Source: Candidatus Latescibacterota bacterium (GTDB taxonomy: Bacteria; Latescibacterota; UBA2968). Taken from it: 64,000 bases of DNA. The position numbers were made by a program, and so were the translations under genes. Position 1 is the stretch's first letter; the number at the start of each line of letters is the position of its first letter. The notes beneath the pieces were generated by a model. That model had not been told where the DNA came from. It saw nothing but the letters and a program-made list of their open reading frames with translations, and did not search any database. Positions 60,784-64,000 of this stretch are shown in pieces. Location of the stretch: NCBI GenBank assembly GCA_965205975.1, contig OZ242195.1, forward strand, positions 3,968,001 through 4,032,000, read 5' to 3'.

Positions 60784-61740
60784 TTATTCTCCCGGTTTTA
60801 ACACGCGATTAAAAAAAGCCTCACGGGCGGGTTCGGTAAACGCGATATTGCGCTGAAAAGCACCGTGCCCACTCTCATCGCCCAGGAGAATATAACTGAC
60901 ATTTTTGGCACCGGCTTCTCGCAGTGCTTTGACCAACTTATCCGAATGATAAACACCGACCGTGCGATCAGATATTGCATGAACGAGCAAAATAGGGGGT
61001 GCATCGGCCGAGGCATAAGTCACAGGAGAAGTTTTGGCGCGGACCTCTTCAGATTCCAGTCTAAGCTCATTTTTGCGAGGGGGACGTGCTGGCTGCTGAT
61101 TCCGCTGGCGGTCACTCATAGCAGACAGAAAATCGGTAGGCGTGGCACTCGCGACAACAGCCTGAACCATACTGGAATACTCCTGGTAAGGCCCATCGCC
61201 CTCAAGACCCGCTGAAGGAGGACACACACCCAGCATAACAGCCAGATGCGCGCCAGCGGAATTTCCACTCGCACCAATGCGTTCCGGATCAATATTGTAC
61301 TCCTCGGCATGGGCGCGCAACCAGCGCACCGCATTCTTCACATCCTCAACACACGCGGTAATAGGCGCTTCATCGAGCATTCGATAGTTGACCGTCACAC
61401 AAACATAGCCCTTGGCGGCATAACTGATAGTAGGACGAAGAAAACCTCCCCGGCGTTTATCCCCACCTCTCCATCCACCCCCGTGAATAAAAACAAGGGC
61501 TGGACGGAGAGCCTCGCCGCGCTCTGTGGGCATAGCGAGATCGAGTTTCCACGCCTCGTTGCCCTCGCGATACGCAATATCGGGAATAAAAGTCACACCT
61601 TCGGGTACCTGTTTCATAATTTGCTCCACGGTAATTGTGCGTTGCTGGCGTTGGTTTTGTTGTTGTGGCTGTTGTGGTTGCTGCGCATCAACAGATTGAA
61701 ACAGCAAAACAACGAACAGAAAACAGACAAATTTGGACAT
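60784..61740 (-). CDS. Secreted alpha/beta hydrolase (HSL/BD-FAE-like esterase)
   Basis: HGGGW and GNSAGAHL motifs; signal peptide and Gln-rich linker. Confidence 0.9.
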   Translation of the reverse strand: MSKFVCFLFVVLLFQSVDAQQPQQPQQQNQRQQRTITVEQIMKQVPEGVTFIPDIAYREGNEAWKLDLAMPTERGEALRPALVFIHGGGWRGGDKRRGGFLRPTISYAAKGYVCVTVNYRMLDEAPITACVEDVKNAVRWLRAHAEEYNIDPERIGASGNSAGAHLAVMLGVCPPSAGLEGDGPYQEYSSMVQAVVASATPTDFLSAMSDRQRNQQPARPPRKNELRLESEEVRAKTSPVTYASADAPPILLVHAISDRTVGVYHSDKLVKALREAGAKNVSYILLGDESGHGAFQRNIAFTEPAREAFFNRVLKPGE

Positions 61741-61762
61741 AGAACCCTCCTTGTTTTAGTCC

Positions 61763-63973
61763 TCACTTCAATTCAGCGCGTATCTGCGCGAGCGCACGCT
61801 TTACCCTCGTGAAATTCGGCCGTAATACGAGCGCCTTCTCCAAATAGGGCACAGCCTCTCGCAACCTCCCCGCCTGAGCCAGTGCCATACCCAGATCGGC
61901 ATACGTATCGGGCCTATCCGGATGCAAGCGAATCGCCTCCTTGTAGTGCTGAATCGCCTCGGCAAAACGTCCCAACCTGTGAAGCGCCATAGCAATACCA
62001 TTTTGCGACAGCGCATTATCCGGATGGTAGCGGATCGCATCCTCATAATAGCGAACCGCCTCTTCAAGCCGCCCCGCGCGGTGAAACGCCACAGCGCGCC
62101 CATTCAGCGCGCGTGCATCTGCGGGATCGAGTTGCAAAACTCGCGCATAGTGTCTTTCGGCATCCTGCAAACGTCCCAATTGCATCATCGCATCGGCGAA
62201 CATGCGATGCGCATCCAGATACTCGGGAAGTCGGCGAATCGCCTCGGCACAAAGCGTTGCAATACGTCTGTGTTCTCGCGTGGGAATCAAATCCGACGCC
62301 TCGCGAACAAAAACGCGCGCGGCAATTTCCCGTAAATTTTTATTTTGCACAGCCGCAATCCGCGCATCCACCTCACCCGGCATCAGCGCATTAATAGAAT
62401 CCCGATATTTATACAGCATCTCCGCAAATACAAGCCCATCGCTCTCCACATTCTGAACCGTCTCATAGTCCAGAACCGGTCGGTCATCCCAATACACATC
62501 CGCCTCAGCCGTCGCAGAAACCAGACCCTCCGCCCCCATCAAATAACCGCCCCAAAAAACATGCGGCTGGTTAAGAGAATACGCCACCCCACCCCAATGA
62601 CTGTACTGAAGATCCGCATGAATCTCCTCATCCATACCCAACAACTTCCCCTCAGCAATATTAAACGCATCATCCGCCGAACCAATAAGCAAAAGCTCAG
62701 ACGTATTATACCACAAAACACTCTGCGGAAAAACCATCAAAAAACTACGCACAACACCGCGGAACTGGTCCTCCGTCAGAAAACGCAAAGGCACAAACTG
62801 GATCAGATACCCACCAGATGTCAGACGCTCTCTGGCACGCGCATAGAAATCAACCGTATAAAAAAACGCCACACCCGGACGGGACACCTCGCCAAGCTCA
62901 AGCGAAATAATATCATAAGTCGCCGCAGTATGGCGCAGGAAATTGCGCCCATCTTCAGCGATAATCTCCACGCGCGGATCGCGTATCCAATCCGTCTCAA
63001 AATGTTCCTCAACAAAAGGAAAAAGCGCAGGCTCAATATCCACACACGCCAGATAATCGATGGGATACATCAAAAAACGACTAACCGTCTGCCCCGTACC
63101 AACCCCCACAACAACGACCCGTTTCGGATTCGGATGCAAAAGCATCGGCACATGTGCCGCCATAATCTGATGGTTCTTCTTACTACCGCCCTGCCACCAG
63201 CGATCAATCTCCAACTCCAGATCATCCTCCCGCCGAACAACCGCCATATTCGCGCCATAACCCTCTCGGAACGCCACGAGATCCCGCCCCTCACCGATAA
63301 AATCCGCAGGCACCTGCGTCTGGGAATAATACGGAATCCCAAGATAGACCAGAACGGCAACCAGCGCAGCCGCATATTTGAACACGCGATATCTTTGATC
63401 CAGCAAAAACCATGCAGAAATGCCAATGGCGAGATTCGCACCCGTAATAAAAAACAAACTCTTCTCAAGACCAAAAAAGGGAATCCCCAAAAAACCGATC
63501 AAAAGAGACCCGAGAATACCCCCAAGCGTATTCACCGCAATCAGATTACCCGCCATCCCAGACGTATATTCCGCATTGCGAATCACCAGCCGAATCGCAA
63601 GCGGAAAAGCCGCGCCACTCAACACAGCAGGGGGCAAAAGCACCGCAAAATAGATATACAAATCACTGCCCAATCCTCGCCAGGCCTCGGGCGACAGCAT
63701 CAAAAGCGCGAGAACAACAAGACCCGTCGCAACCTGAAACGCGCCAAAATAATACGCCCGTCTCTCTGTCTTATCGGAAAACTGAGCAGCGAGAACACTC
63801 CCCAGAACCAGCCCAACCAGCACAACGCCCAGCGTCAGCGTATAAGTATAAACCGTATTATTGATCAAAAGCCCCAGATACCGCACCCACAGCACCTCGG
63901 CGCCCAGAGCCACAAATCCAACCGCAAAAAACAGAACAAATACAACCCCACTCCGCGGGAGCCCGCCACTCAC
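61763..63973 (-). CDS. Fused membrane / spermidine-synthase-like methyltransferase / TPR protein
   Basis: N-terminal transmembrane block, VGVGTGQT, VDIE and EDGRNFL motifs, C-terminal TPR repeats. Confidence 0.88.
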   Translation of the reverse strand: MSGGLPRSGVVFVLFFAVGFVALGAEVLWVRYLGLLINNTVYTYTLTLGVVLVGLVLGSVLAAQFSDKTERRAYYFGAFQVATGLVVLALLMLSPEAWRGLGSDLYIYFAVLLPPAVLSGAAFPLAIRLVIRNAEYTSGMAGNLIAVNTLGGILGSLLIGFLGIPFFGLEKSLFFITGANLAIGISAWFLLDQRYRVFKYAAALVAVLVYLGIPYYSQTQVPADFIGEGRDLVAFREGYGANMAVVRREDDLELEIDRWWQGGSKKNHQIMAAHVPMLLHPNPKRVVVVGVGTGQTVSRFLMYPIDYLACVDIEPALFPFVEEHFETDWIRDPRVEIIAEDGRNFLRHTAATYDIISLELGEVSRPGVAFFYTVDFYARARERLTSGGYLIQFVPLRFLTEDQFRGVVRSFLMVFPQSVLWYNTSELLLIGSADDAFNIAEGKLLGMDEEIHADLQYSHWGGVAYSLNQPHVFWGGYLMGAEGLVSATAEADVYWDDRPVLDYETVQNVESDGLVFAEMLYKYRDSINALMPGEVDARIAAVQNKNLREIAARVFVREASDLIPTREHRRIATLCAEAIRRLPEYLDAHRMFADAMMQLGRLQDAERHYARVLQLDPADARALNGRAVAFHRAGRLEEAVRYYEDAIRYHPDNALSQNGIAMALHRLGRFAEAIQHYKEAIRLHPDRPDTYADLGMALAQAGRLREAVPYLEKALVLRPNFTRVKRALAQIRAELK

Positions 63974-64000
63974 ACCGCGAAACTGCTCTGAAGAAGGAAA

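Noticed and set aside
62345..63991. Long alternative ORFs (62345..63991 +, 220..924 +, 49442..50476 +, 48296..49312 + and similar)
   Set aside because: Shadow frames overlapping well-supported genes, with no motifs; they arise from skewed composition.

Overview
Bacterial chromosomal window. A housekeeping and catabolic backbone includes serS, an nfeD-floA operon, tRNA-Met(CAT), tRNA-Leu(CAA), two sulfatases, ALDH, a GH106-like glycosidase, folC fused to an ATP-grasp domain, dsbD, a propeller-SpoIIE sensor, degQ, pepA, a PL6 lyase and a spermidine-synthase/TPR fusion. Three accessory zones interrupt it. (i) About 2.56-3.76 kb: a mini cassette stack behind tRNA-Met. (ii) About 7.3-20.6 kb behind tRNA-Leu: a WYL regulator, a three-module AAA ATPase, a NucS-like nuclease, an IS3-split papain-like protein, toxin-antitoxin (TA) genes and remnants, and an Rpn nuclease with an internal start. 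(iii) About 50.6-59.4 kb: TA genes, a TnpB-only IS200/IS605 element, and an HTH/unknown/membrane/DUF1998-helicase block. The most striking pattern is that accessory cassettes are delimited by direct-repeat copies of the host's own boundary DNA (a tRNA 3' end plus terminator, or a promoter), with no integrase in view. Other notable candidates are the WYL/triple-AAA unit with a PafBC-like promoter, the FolC-RimK-like fusion, and a 27-bp mini-element nested inside two different intergenic palindromes. No CRISPR array or rRNA was seen. All family calls come from motif recognition; no searches were run.
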